A DNA stretch of 64,000 nucleotides, taken from Chlamydiales bacterium (GTDB taxonomy: Bacteria; Chlamydiota; Chlamydiia; Chlamydiales; JAAZZY01). A program made the translations under genes and the position numbers. Below, piece by piece: positions 21,110 to 32,190 of the stretch. The DNA lies in contig CBDBKM010000005.1 of the NCBI GenBank assembly GCA_965206695.1, positions 140,414-204,413 of the forward strand, in the 5' to 3' direction. The first letter of the stretch is position 1. Every line of letters begins with the position of its first letter. Below the pieces are notes generated by a model. The model saw only the letters and a program-made list of their open reading frames with translations. It ran no database searches and was not told the origin of the DNA.

Positions 21110-21330
21110 GTTAAGATCTTTTTCTCCTTTTTTTTCTTCCACTAAGAGTTTTTCTATTTTTCATCGATGTGTTTAATATGCATATCGTTCTATCGAATGT
21201 TGCTTTTTTTATACCTGTTAAACGACGAAACCTTTCATTATTCAAGGTGCGAATTTTTTCAAATTTCATAATACACACCTACTTTTAACGTAGGCTACTA
21301 TAATCAAAAATTTAATTTCGAAAGCAATCT
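21110..21330 (-). pseudogene. IS5 (ISL2 group) transposase N-terminal remnant
   Basis: MKFEKIRTLNNERFRRLTGIKKATF, then a stop. Confidence 0.65.
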
Positions 21331-21419
21331 ATTGAATTCTTTCATTTGTTTTTACTCCTCTTTAAATTTAGAGAAGACTATATCATAACTGTCCTATTGT
21401 TCAGGGAAAGATCAACCTA

Positions 21420-21700
21420 TCACGACAAACCGGATTAAGTGTGCCGGATGGTCCCTCCATTTTCAGGGCTCAGCTTGTTATCGACTTCATAATCTAAAGT
21501 ATGTTGGTGTATGGCTTCATGGCTAATGAATCATGCTTCTGCTATTTGTTGGATAATTCCAACCTTTATCATACGGCAATACCACTTTAATACGATCACG
21601 AATACGATCATCTTTTTCATATTGGTGTGGTTCTATAAGCCTTTGTCGCTCTGTTTGATCTAAAAAATGTTTTACACTCGGTATTATAGAATAATCTAAA
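21420..21700 (-). pseudogene. Degenerate IS630-B-like transposase remnant
   Basis: EKDDRIRDRIKVVL..DKGW parallels IS630-B EKNGRIRDRIKAVLLSNKGW. Confidence 0.65.
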
Positions 21701-21786
21701 ATCTATTTTCAAATCTTCAAATAACCTCTTTAACTAACATTAATATTACTATCAACAAGTCTTCTTTCATAAAAAAGAAACAGAAT

Positions 21787-23907
21787 CTATTCCGGTGATT
21801 CTGTTTTGATTTCGCTGTCTGCTGTCAAGGCACGATTAGGATCATAATTAAGGCCATAGCTTACAAAAAACTCTGCCTCTTTCTCGATATCCCTATTAGC
21901 CACATAAAAAGTTAGATTTTTACCGAAACGGACTCCACATATATTATTATCTCCTATTTTTTCACAATCTCCGAACTGACCGGTATTTACGTATCTCAGG
22001 TGGTTTCCTGATTGGAATCCATCAACACCACGCAGATCCGAGTTTGTTGCAAATAGATATTCTGAATATCGCCTCACTCCATATTGTCGTCTTCCATCCA
22101 AAAAACCTTCCTCTCCTTCACGAAGAACCCCTGCATAAGGCCCTAAAACTTCGAATTGTTTTATATCTCTCTTTGCAAAGGTAGAGCTTCCTCTGTTTAT
22201 CCCCATATCTAGAGGAATAGCAATTTTATAAATAGCATCCAAACGATTGTAATATTCACTTCTATCCTCTTCACTTAATGTTAACCACTCACGCATGCTG
22301 TCTTTCATTTTATCTTTAATTGCATTTTTTTCCGATGTAGTTAACTTCCTTATTTTTGAGGTAGTCGATTGCTTTTTTGTCAAGGTAGTTGCTTCATCCA
22401 GATATTTATGAAGGCCACACCAACATGTGACCTTAATCGACCCTATTTTTCCTTCACGTTCCAATAGAAGGCTCTGTGTGTTATCCTTCGGGTTTTGCAG
22501 TACAGGTAAGGTTCTATCTATTATATGAGTAAATGGCTCTTTTTTTATAAATAGAACCTCATTACCGGTAATATTACCGGTAATAAGTCGAGGTGTTTGA
22601 GATATCTGTCGGTGTATAGTATCTTCGAGTCTAATCTCCGGGTTTTTCATTTGATGTATTATTGTAGGCGAATGCTTATCCGTACCTACCGGTGTTGCAG
22701 AGATTCTATCTTTAAAATCTTTTTTATCTTGCTGTTTAGAAGAAATCTTCCGGTCTTTAAGTATCTGTAATTGAGATATTTGATCTATAGGTAAAGTCTT
22801 GTTTATTGTATGAGTAAATCGATACTCTTCTTGAATCTGATAATCCGGATCTGCATTTTTACAATCATTTAACAATGGTCCTTCTTTCATAGATACAATC
22901 TCATTATCAACGGCAGAAACAACCTCATTAGTAGATCGAGCTGCATTATCGGTAGATACAAACTCATCGGAAGGATCTTTTTGGCAGCTAATTTTCTTGC
23001 TTTTAGCAAGGTGTGATAATGACATTTTCTTTTTAGTTTTTTCACTATGTGGTTTAACCGGGGTTTTATAAGGCTCTTTCTGGATTTTCATATGCCGGAA
23101 TATAACTGCCAGGCGATTTATTCGCTGTGTTATAGATATTCTATCTTTAGTTTCTTTAGTATGTGTGTAAGCAGACTTTGATTTTTTAACTGGACTTGCA
23201 GAAGAATGCTGCTTGTCTTTAATCTCCTTAAGTCTAATCTTCAGCTCCTTAATTCGACATGTTATATTCCTTTCCTCTTTAGTTTCTTCAGTATGTGTGT
23301 AAGCAAACCTTGATTTTTTAACTGGACTTGCAGAAGAATGCTGCTTGCCTTTAATCTCCTCACGTCTACGCTGCAACCATTTCGCTGCATTCATTGCAAC
23401 CATCACTTGAGTTGCAATTTCCTCACTCTTTTTTCCACTATGTTCTTGACCCGGCCATTTGGAAGGATGATCCTTGAGTCTACTCCGGGCTTTAATCTCC
23501 TTAAGTCTAACCTTCAGCTCCTTAAGTCGACATGTTATATTCCTTTCCTCTTTAATTTGTTCACTAACATGTCTTTTTTCGCCGGAAGACTTTTGAGTAG
23601 GTTTGTCATCTAGACTTGTGAAAGGATTATTCTGGCATCTACGTTGCTTTTTTTGAGGCATTTCCTCTCTATTTTTGTCACTAAACCGTCTTTTAGTGGG
23701 GAAAGGTGAAATTGGAAATTCATTGGGGACAGATGGAGGTTCATTGGGGACAAATAAAAGAAAGTAGGGTATAAGTGGAGGAGGTTCAGGTGGAGGAGGT
23801 GCAGGTGGGGGAGGTTCAGGTGGAGGTTCATTGGGGTCAGGATCAAAAAAAAATGAAAGCAGGTAGGGTGAAAGCACGTTTGGGTTTTCAGGGCTAAAAA
23901 TACTCAT
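21787..23907 (-). CDS. 706-aa SET-domain protein (putative secreted lysine methyltransferase/nucleomodulin)
   Basis: C-terminal GSSTFAKRDI..LGPYAG..YLF..GNHLRYVN..FYVANRDIEKEAEFFVSYG..Y; polyproline N-terminus; NLS-like basic clusters; 44-aa internal repeats. Confidence 0.8.
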   Translation of the reverse strand: MSIFSPENPNVLSPYLLSFFFDPDPNEPPPEPPPPAPPPPEPPPLIPYFLLFVPNEPPSVPNEFPISPFPTKRRFSDKNREEMPQKKQRRCQNNPFTSLDDKPTQKSSGEKRHVSEQIKEERNITCRLKELKVRLKEIKARSRLKDHPSKWPGQEHSGKKSEEIATQVMVAMNAAKWLQRRREEIKGKQHSSASPVKKSRFAYTHTEETKEERNITCRIKELKIRLKEIKDKQHSSASPVKKSKSAYTHTKETKDRISITQRINRLAVIFRHMKIQKEPYKTPVKPHSEKTKKKMSLSHLAKSKKISCQKDPSDEFVSTDNAARSTNEVVSAVDNEIVSMKEGPLLNDCKNADPDYQIQEEYRFTHTINKTLPIDQISQLQILKDRKISSKQQDKKDFKDRISATPVGTDKHSPTIIHQMKNPEIRLEDTIHRQISQTPRLITGNITGNEVLFIKKEPFTHIIDRTLPVLQNPKDNTQSLLLEREGKIGSIKVTCWCGLHKYLDEATTLTKKQSTTSKIRKLTTSEKNAIKDKMKDSMREWLTLSEEDRSEYYNRLDAIYKIAIPLDMGINRGSSTFAKRDIKQFEVLGPYAGVLREGEEGFLDGRRQYGVRRYSEYLFATNSDLRGVDGFQSGNHLRYVNTGQFGDCEKIGDNNICGVRFGKNLTFYVANRDIEKEAEFFVSYGLNYDPNRALTADSEIKTESPE

Positions 23908-24336
23908 AATATACCTATATTATATTTTGATATTAAAATAATTATATGCATTAATTGTTAATTAAATATTAAAAATATCAATTTATTAAACAATAAAGCC
24001 TAAAAGGTTGTCTGTAAAAATAACCGGCCTATTCTACATAAAACTATTTTAATAATTTAGGAACATTTGATTAATAAAATGTTTTTAGAGAGGAGTTAGA
24101 AAAGAAGAATTAGCTGTGTTGAAAAAGTATCATAACTCTTTGATTAGTTAACAAACCGTTACAGATTATCAGTGACTCAAGTAGACTTTTTTAGAACAGC
24201 TAGAGGATTAGGTTCTTAACAAGATTTTTTTTAGTCAAATATTGGGTTTTTTATCTAATTTAAAATAATTATTTGATTCTTTTGACAATAGCCTTGTTGC
24301 ACCCGTCATTCCTCAGTAAAAAATATAATTTTGTTT

Positions 24337-25275
24337 TATAGTCGTTTAATTTTACATTGATAAGATTGCTTGATCAATGGCGAATGTAAAATTCGTAACT
24401 TTTCGTAATATCTCTCTAACTTTATTTTTCATATTAGCCCAATATTTTTCTATAGGATTTAAGTCCGGAGAATATGGAGGAAGAAACATAAGCTTACAAC
24501 CGGCAGATTCTACTATTTTCCTGCTTTCCGCTGACTTGTGAAAACCTGCATTGTCAAGAATAAGAACACTACCGGGTGTAAGCTGAGGAGTCAAAACTTC
24601 CTTAAGCCAAATATTGAATAACCCGGTATTACAAGTACCTTCAAAACACATTGGAGATAAAAACTGCCCTTTAGATAGGGCTGAAATAATATTTTGCCTT
24701 ATAAAGCGGTTTCCTGAAACCGCTCCAAAAACTTTTTTGCCGCGTAAGCTTCTTCCGGACTCACGAAATAAAAATTGATGAATCCCGGTTTCATCGAGAT
24801 AAATTCTCTTGTCAAAGGGAATATTTTTTAAATCTTTCATAAAAGCTTCCCGTTTCTTTTCATCTCTTTCCTTATAGCGAGTAGTTTTTTTTTTCGTGTA
24901 ATTTTTAATCTTTTAAGGGCATAAAAAATCGTTTGCGGAGTGACTGAAAAATAATCAGCAATTTCCGATAAAAAATAATCCGGATGTTTTTCTACATATT
25001 TAGATAACAACTCATCATCTAATTTCTTATAAGCATATTTTCTGCGGATTGGCTTTAAATGTCCTTTTTGCTTTTTTTGCAAGATCCATCGATATATTGT
25101 TGCGATACCTACTTGAAAAATATGGCCGGCTGTTTTTTTATCATGATGTTTTTCTATATGTTGTAATACTTTCTCTCGAAGATCTACTGAATAGGCTCTA
25201 GGCATTGTTTTGTCCTTACTGTTTGTATAAAAAAAAAAGGATAACATATTATCAAATAAAAATTAAAATACTATA
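24337..25275 (-). mobile_element. IS630-A full length, apparently intact
   Basis: TA flanks, IRs, orfA and orfB, A10. Confidence 0.97.
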
Positions 25276-25619
25276 AAGCCTGTTAAGGATAGATTTCACA
25301 CATTAACAGCAGATAATGGTTTAGAGTTTTCTCGGCATCAAGAAGTAAGTTCAACACTCAAAGCAGAGTTTTTTTGCTAAACCCTATCATTCCCGGGAAA
25401 GAGGCTTGAATGAACATACGAATGGGTTAGTTAGACAGTATTTGCCTAAGAAAACAAACTTTAATAATGTGACACAAGAGGATGTAAAAGAGATAGAAAA
25501 ACTGCTTAATGAAAGACCTAGAAAAAGTTTGAATTTTAAAACACCTATAGAGGTTTTCAATCCGAAGAATTTGTGCTATAATAGAGTACAAGTTTGTTGC
25601 ACTTCATAGTTGAAAAGAC
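25276..25619 (+). pseudogene. IS30-family transposase 3' fragment with right IR
   Basis: TLTADNGLEF, PYHSRERGLNEHTNGLVRQYLPK, LNERPRKSL; ends GTTGCACTTCATAGTTGAAAAG. Confidence 0.88.
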
Positions 25620-25835
25620 AATGCCGGTTTTCACAAGTCAGCGGAAAGCAGGAAAACAGTAGAATCTGCCGGTTGTAAGCTTATGTTTCTTCCTCCATAT
25701 TCTCCGGACTTAAATCCTATAGAAAAATATTGGGCTAATATGAAAAATAAAGTTAGAGAGATATTACGAAAAGTTACGAATTTTAAATTCGCCATTGATC
25801 AAGCAATCTTATCAATACAAAATTAAATGACTATA
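25617..25835 (+). mobile_element. IS630-A 3' fragment
   Basis: DNAGFHK through IRR. Confidence 0.92.
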
Positions 25836-26611
25836 ATGTCATAACAAATTTTTGGACCGGTATTAACCTATTTACCGGCGCATCCTTTACTTCCTCAGCG
25901 GTTTTACGCGAGACCTTTTCCGGTTTTGTTAGCTTTGAGACTCTTTTGACCATTCAGACAATGACTCCGCTCCCTTCCGTTCCTATGATTGTATCTAGCT
26001 CCCAATCGCCTAAACGAGTTTTCTTCTCTACGATATCAGGTCTTTCAGAAATATCTATCCGTCCGGGAATACATCCTCGTCCGGCCCTATTTTTACCCCG
26101 CTTGTTATATTTCTTTCCACTATGTCTAAGGTGTTTATAAAACAGGCTCCTCTTTTCTTGTCCTCCCAAACATATTTATAGATTGTCTCATGACTTATAG
26201 CTTCTTGATACCGTTTCTTCTTCAGCCATCCTGATATTTGATCGGGGGCTCCACTGCAGGCTTAACTTCTCTTCGATAACGGCAATCATTGCACTACCCA
26301 TCTTTGGGTTTTGGAGCCTCGTCTCTTTAAAGCCTTCTCTTGAACCTGTTGATACCGATATCCACGATTTCGTTTTAGTTCGCGATAAACAGTAGATCGA
26401 TCCACTTTTAACTCATTGGAAACTAGGGTGATAGGATCTCTTCTTCTTATTCAAGGTGTACAATTGGCATCTCTTGTCTTTCTTTAAGTGACGGTAGCCG
26501 TTTGGCATCTTTCCTCCTTGGTTTTCTTACGTTTACCATAGGAAGTTTTTTTACCATCTTCAGACAAGTTTAATTTGCATCGGTTTGTTGCACTTCGATG
26601 TTGAAAGGGCG
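25836..26611 (-). mobile_element. IS30-family element, 5' two-thirds, degenerate
   Basis: IR CGCCCTTTCAACATCGAAGTGCAAC at 26611; near-identical to the copy at 58068-59150; truncated by IS630-A. Confidence 0.9.
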
Positions 26612-27027
26612 ATTCATCACACGTCTCCTTTAAAAAAAAGCATAATAGCTTTTTAGAAAAATAGTCACTTAGATTTCAATAATCCCATAATATATTGAGG
26701 CATAAGATGAATATCTAAACCTATACCATCTAAACCTTGTTCCTTCCAATCATTATAAATAGGGAGAGGCTCCTCATAAAAAGGATGTTTAAAAGCATCA
26801 GGAACTCGCCCATCAATTAACATAAAAATTGCATCTATTAAGTTAACTACCTATAAAGAAATAAGATAAATTAAAGCTCTGTTGATATCAAAAAGTTTAA
26901 TATTTATACCTTCATCGTGCTTTTTCGGATCGTTTTAGGAGAAAAAATTGGGGACGGTTGGACGCATTCAGAACTTTTGATTGGAAAAAATTAGAAAATA
27001 TAACAAATAATATTATTGGAAATTAGA

Positions 27028-28668
27028 TCATACTAGCTCTCCGTAAATGGTCAATCGACCAAGATTGTCAGGGAGCTCCTTTACTCTATCTTTAAAAGAT
27101 TCCAGAATACTATCTTTTAATGCTCTACCGCTATTAAAACCCGTGATAACAGTTATATGTGGTATTTTATTCTGATTCATAAAAAATTGTATTGCTACTT
27201 TGGCAACAGAAGGATGGATTCCTGACATGCCATCTCCGCCTTTCATTGGATAAGTATAAAACGAGTTGCGATGTAAGTTTAAAGTATTATTGTTTAACTC
27301 CTGTATCAAACCTTCAATATACATCTTAGCAAAGATCTCCAAAGCCTTCTCTGTTTTACCACCTTTTTCACAAGCAGAGATGACAGCATTATAGGTAATC
27401 TCATCAGGTGTAATACCGGCATCAGGCATCTTATTAAAGATCTCCAAAGCCTTCTCTGCTTTACCACCTTTTTCACAAGCAGAGATGATAGCATTATAGG
27501 TAATCACATTAGGTTTAATAGCGGCATCAAGCATCTTAATCTTATTAAAGATCTCCAAAGCCTTCTCTGTTTTACCACCTTTTTCACAAGCAGAGATGAT
27601 AGCACTATAGGTAATCACATTAGGTGTAATACCGGCATCAGGCATCTTATTAAAGATCTCCAAAGCCTCCTCTGCTTTACCACCTTTTTCACAAGCAGAG
27701 ATGACAGCATTATAGATAATCACATCAGGTGTAATACCAACAGGAGTTGCCTTAAAGATCTCCAAAGCCTCCTCTGCTTTACCACCTTTTTCACAAGCAG
27801 AGATGACAGCACTATAGGTAATCACACTAGGTTTAATACCGGCATCAAGCATCTTATTAAAGATCTCCAAAGCCTCCTCTGCTTTACCACCTTTTTTACA
27901 AGCAGAGATGACAGCACTATAGGTAATCTTATTAGGTGGAATACCGGCATCAGGCATCTTATTAAAGATCTCCAAAGCCTCCTCTGTTTTACCACCTTTT
28001 TCACAAGCAGAGATGACAGCACTATAGGTAATCACATCAGGTTTAATACCAACAGGAATTGCCTTAAAGATCTCCAAAGCCTCCTCTGCTTTACCACCTT
28101 TTTCACAAGCAGAGATGACAGTATTATAGATAATCACATCAGGTGGAATACCGGCATCAGTTAAATTGTTGAGTAATCTAATAGCATCTTGATAATTGGC
28201 GGTAGGTTTTGTAATTAAAGATACGGTACACTTCAAAACATCTTGGAGATTTTTAGTTCCGCTACGATACTGCTTAATGATGATGCTATTATCCAATACA
28301 GGTTTATGTTGTCTTGATGCTGAGGAGTTTTGCCCGCTAAAAGACGAGCAAGAAGCTCTATTATAATTAGATAACGTATGAGACGCTAAAGATTGAACCT
28401 GATTTAAGATAGATTCTTTTTGAGAGGGCTTTAATTGTAACCAATTTTCTGTTAAATCTCCGTATCCTGTTAAATCTCCGTATCTTAGTGAACTGGCGGG
28501 TGTTTTATCTTTTATATATGCACTAAAATGATCTTCTATACCTTGATCATGCTGATAGTGGACAAAATAATCATTATACCTCAGTCTGTTGGATTTAATA
28601 TACTCTTTATTATTAAATATATAATTATTTATTAGATTAAATTCTGTAGAAGAGTTACTGGTTAACAT
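27028..28668 (-). CDS. PPR-Smr protein A (8 P-class PPR repeats plus C-terminal Smr domain), 546 aa
   Basis: Repeats VITYxAVISACEKGGKAEEALEIFNKMPDAGIxPx fit the PPR consensus; C-terminus TLNLH...ITVITGFNSG...DNLGRLTI fits Smr. Confidence 0.9.
   Translation of the reverse strand: MLTSNSSTEFNLINNYIFNNKEYIKSNRLRYNDYFVHYQHDQGIEDHFSAYIKDKTPASSLRYGDLTGYGDLTENWLQLKPSQKESILNQVQSLASHTLSNYNRASCSSFSGQNSSASRQHKPVLDNSIIIKQYRSGTKNLQDVLKCTVSLITKPTANYQDAIRLLNNLTDAGIPPDVIIYNTVISACEKGGKAEEALEIFKAIPVGIKPDVITYSAVISACEKGGKTEEALEIFNKMPDAGIPPNKITYSAVISACKKGGKAEEALEIFNKMLDAGIKPSVITYSAVISACEKGGKAEEALEIFKATPVGITPDVIIYNAVISACEKGGKAEEALEIFNKMPDAGITPNVITYSAIISACEKGGKTEKALEIFNKIKMLDAAIKPNVITYNAIISACEKGGKAEKALEIFNKMPDAGITPDEITYNAVISACEKGGKTEKALEIFAKMYIEGLIQELNNNTLNLHRNSFYTYPMKGGDGMSGIHPSVAKVAIQFFMNQNKIPHITVITGFNSGRALKDSILESFKDRVKELPDNLGRLTIYGELV
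27298..28137 (-). repeat. PPR array A: 8 repeats of 102, 105, 105, 102, 105, 111, 105 and 105 bp
   Basis: Near-identical tandem DNA repeats. Confidence 0.95.
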
Positions 28669-28851
28669 AAATTCTAATATAAGGTTATTTATTTAACTAA
28701 AATATAACATAATTAATGTATTACTTAAACTTAAAAGATGATAAATAGTAAATATCTTTTAAGGTTATTTGATTATAATTTTAAAGGTTAAATTAAAATA
28801 TGTAATCTAATTTATTATTGAAAAAAATTAGGTACTTTTGAAGCTTTTGAA

Positions 28852-30018
28852 CTTAGTACAGGACAAAAAAAATGAGATTGAAGTAACTCGCTGATATGCA
28901 GTAATCTTTTTTGAAAAAAAGGAGATTTTAACATGCATATCAATGAGTTATCCGGGATCTTAAACCGATACTTCAATTTTCACAAGGCTCGTGCTGATTG
29001 CCTTGCTCAGCTTGTGATAGCAATGATCACTGTTAAGACTGTGAATTTCGCACATCTTGCAACCTCTTTTATCACGCAGTCTCTTCCGGAGTCATGCTAC
29101 AAACGCATTCAGAGATTCTTTAGATTTCTAAAATTTGATCCTTTTGCCCTTGCTTCTATGGTAATCACCCTTTTTGATCTAAAAAATAAAAAACTGAAAT
29201 TGGCTCTTGATCGAACGAAGCGGAAGTTTGGGAAAATAGACATTAACATTCTTATGCTTACAGTAGCCTATAAGGGAATTGCTCTTCCTTTGATGTGGAG
29301 TCTTCTACAAAAAAGAGGAAATTCCAATACTTTAGAACGAATCGAGTTGATAAAACGTATTCTCCTTCTTATTGGAGCCGGAAACATTGACTCTCTCCTT
29401 GGAGATAGAGAGTTTGTTGGATCAGAGTGGATTCAGTGGCTAGATGAGCAAGAAATTCCTTTTCTTTTTCGTGTTCGTAACAACAGTTTACCGGAGGGAG
29501 TGTTGCCAATAAATATCTTTTTTAAAAGATTACCTTTTGGCAAGACACTTAAAAATGCAAAAACTGTCTTGTGGGGAAGAAGTATTTATCTAAGCACAAG
29601 ATGGTCTTACAAGAAAGATGAGCTTGTTACAATTATCTCCAATCGGAATTTCTACAACCCCTTCAAGGTCTATCGTAAAAGATGGGAGATTGAGACATTC
29701 TTTGGATGTTTGAAGAAAAGGGGGTTTTGCTTTGAAGACACACACCTCATACATATTTCCGGAATAAAAAAACTTGTTTTCGTTTTTGCAATAGCATTTT
29801 GCCGGAGTCATCGCGTAGGAGAGGCTAAGGAAACAAATACTCCGATCAAAATAAAATCTCATGATCGTAAGGCAAAGAGTATTTTTAGGTATGGATTTGA
29901 TGAGCTGCGAGCAATATTTTTAAGAGTTAGAGAGAAACTTGAGGAGTGTGTTAATTACCTTAACTTGCTGATTATTAATCATAAAATAGAGCTGTCTTGA
30001 AAAATGTCCTGTACTAAG
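28852..30018 (+). mobile_element. IS4-family element (IS10/ISAba1-like), transposase 28933-30000
   Basis: IR CTTAGTACAGGACA; LALDRT, GDREFVG, YRKRWEIETFF..LK..GF..EDT (YREK). No TSD visible. Confidence 0.92.
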
Positions 30019-30295
30019 ATGGATATGAGTAAATCTTACATAAGTGGTGCGGAGCAGTATCTCAACGGTATTGATATTGTATTTGACCGCTTTCATATTA
30101 CATAAATAATGAATAAAGCTCTCGACAGGCTCCGTAAATAAGAGTACGCTCAGCTTGATAAAAAGGATAAAAAAGTTCTTACAGGGCAACGTTTTTTACT
30201 TTTGAAAAATTACTCTAATCTCTCTCAGAAGATGAAATAATAACATTGAATAAACTCTTCGCAGTAAATACCCGGCTTGTTCATGCCCATGCTCT
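30019..30295 (+). pseudogene. ISL3-family transposase fragment
   Basis: MDMSKSYISGAEQYL..IVFDRFHI..MNKALDRLRK. Confidence 0.8.
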
Positions 30296-30416
30296 TATAG
30301 TATTTTAATTTTTATTTGATAATATGTTATCCTTTTTTTTTTATACAAACAGTAAGGACAAAACAATGCCTAGAGCCTATTCAGTAGATCTTCGAGAGAA
30401 AGTATTACAACATATA
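30296..30416 (+). mobile_element. IS630-A 5' fragment, truncated by IS630-B
   Basis: IRL through ...VLQH, then the IS630-B end at a TA. Confidence 0.9.
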
Positions 30417-31512
30417 TACTCATCACGAATAAACCTCCGGATATTTTGTATTCGTATAGTGTAAATTATTTTGTATGAATTCATTTTTAACACTATCAGA
30501 AGAAAAGCATCTCAGACAGCAACATAAACGAGAAAAGAATGGTCGTATACGAGATCGTATCAAGGCTGTTCTATTGTCGAATAAAGGTTGGAGTAATACT
30601 CGTATTGCTGAAGCTGTGCTTTTAGACGATGAAACAGTGTCTCGTCACATTAAAGAATATCAAAATAAACAGCAATTGCATGTAGAAAGCGGTGGTTCAG
30701 TCAGTAAACTTCTTGCGCCACAGTCAGAAGAATTCATTAAACATTTAACAACTCATACCTATGTCAAAGTAGAAGATATCTGTTCTTATGTTCTCGCGAA
30801 ATATGGCATTGTTTATACGATTTCAGGGATGACTTCTTGGCTACACTCACATGGTTTTTCCTATAAAAAGCCTAAAGGTACACCGGCTAAGGCAAATTCT
30901 GATCAACAAAAAGCTTGGATGCAATTTTACGCCAAGCTTATGGCATCTCTGCCTAAAAATGAGCCTGTTGAATTTGCTGATGGTGTACATCCAACTATGG
31001 CAACTAAAATTTCTTATGGTTGGATTCGACCGGGAACAGATAAATTGATTGCAACAACAGCTTCTCGTACTCGAATGAATCTTATGGGGTCTATCAATTT
31101 AAACAGTATGAAGGTAACAATAGATGCTTATGAAACATTAAATAGCGGTACCACGGCAAAGCATTTTGCTTTGCTACGGTCAAAATACCCCTCAGCTCCA
31201 AATATCCATCTTATTTTAGATCAAGGCCCTTATAATACAAGTATTCAGACCAAACAAGAAGCAGAAAAACAAGGTATTATTCTCTATTATTTACCTTCTT
31301 ACAGTCCTAACCTCAATCCCATTGAACGATTATGGAAAGTGATGAATGAATATTGTCGCAATAATCGGTTTTTTAATTCTGCTAAAGAATTTCGGAGATC
31401 GATTACCGGATTTTTTGAAAATACTTGGCCCTCTATTGCTCAATCAATGAGGAAACGAATCAATGATCATTTTCAAGTCTTAGAATCGGCACTTTGATTC
31501 ATAAGGGGTATA
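30415..31512 (+). mobile_element. IS630-family type B, single intact 340-aa transposase (30475-31497)
   Basis: IRs TATACTCATCACGAAT / ATTCATAAGGGGTATA; FADG, ILDQGPYN, LPSYSPNLNPIERLW. Confidence 0.95.
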
Positions 31513-31812
31513 GATCCTTTATCGGGTGTCGTTGAATAAGGAGCTGAGACCCCTGAAGGAATTTGTGAACTTAATGAAAACATTTTTAAACCTCGACCGA
31601 CATTATTTTATTAGTTTATTAGCGAATTACACATATACTGTATTAAAAAACAATAAAACCTTTATTAAAAAAAATAATTTAATAGAAACTACATTAATAA
31701 ACTACCCCCACAAAAGTTATTGATAACTAAGAAATTATTTTCCAAACTCTCTTTTTTAGATGAGAAACACAAATACTTTTAAACTATAAATATTTCATGA
31801 TATTTGCTTATT

Positions 31813-31893
31813 CAAAAGGTCCAAAAGGTCCAAAAGGTCCAAAAGGTCCAAAAGGTCCAAAAGGTCCAAAAGGTCCAAAAGGTCCAAAAGGTT
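31813..31893 (+). repeat. 9 x 9-bp tandem repeat (CAAAAGGTC), in frame as (Gly-Pro-Lys)8 in a 38-codon ORF at 31797-31913
   Basis: 8 perfect units and 1 single-mismatch unit; whether the ORF is real is uncertain. Confidence 0.9.
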
Positions 31894-32036
31894 CAAATAT
31901 AAATCTTCTTTAATAACACTACCTTAATTCATTGATAACCTGTAATGGATTTTAACTAATCAAGAAATCTCTTAAATAGACAAGATTCCAATATTACTAT
32001 TATACTTATAGCTTTTGTGAAAAAAATGAGGTTTAT

Positions 32037-32190
32037 ATGGTTTCATCAATCAATCAAAATGATTATTTTAATAACACTAATAGTAGATCATTAAAAGACA
32101 TTATTTAATCAGTATTCTAATACTACAATAGAGGATTCTTATCTAAAAGCCATTGATGAAAAAGACTATGAAGCTATACAGATACTACTA
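32037..32190 (+). pseudogene. 5' part of a hypothetical gene interrupted by the IS630-A composite
   Basis: GAGG RBS then ATG; MVSSINQN.. (frameshift) ..YLKAIDEKDYEAIQILL, ending at the TA. Confidence 0.5.

Larger units (their letters stand above)
26844..30042. repeat. Left arm of a 3.2-kb inverted duplication (PPR-Smr gene plus IS4)
   Basis: Reverse complement of 32732-35931 except within the PPR array and a 1-nt indel in IS4. Confidence 0.93.

Noticed and set aside
23610-23846. His/Leu-rich ORF (LHLNLPHLHLLHL) and antisense ORF 23338-23613
   Set aside because: Alternate frames of the polyproline and basic regions of the SET gene.
27306-28022. Alternate-frame ORFs (27306-27494, 27822-28022) with repeated MLSSLLVKKVVKQRRLWRSL
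   Set aside because: Shadow frames of the 105-bp PPR repeats; no independent start signals.
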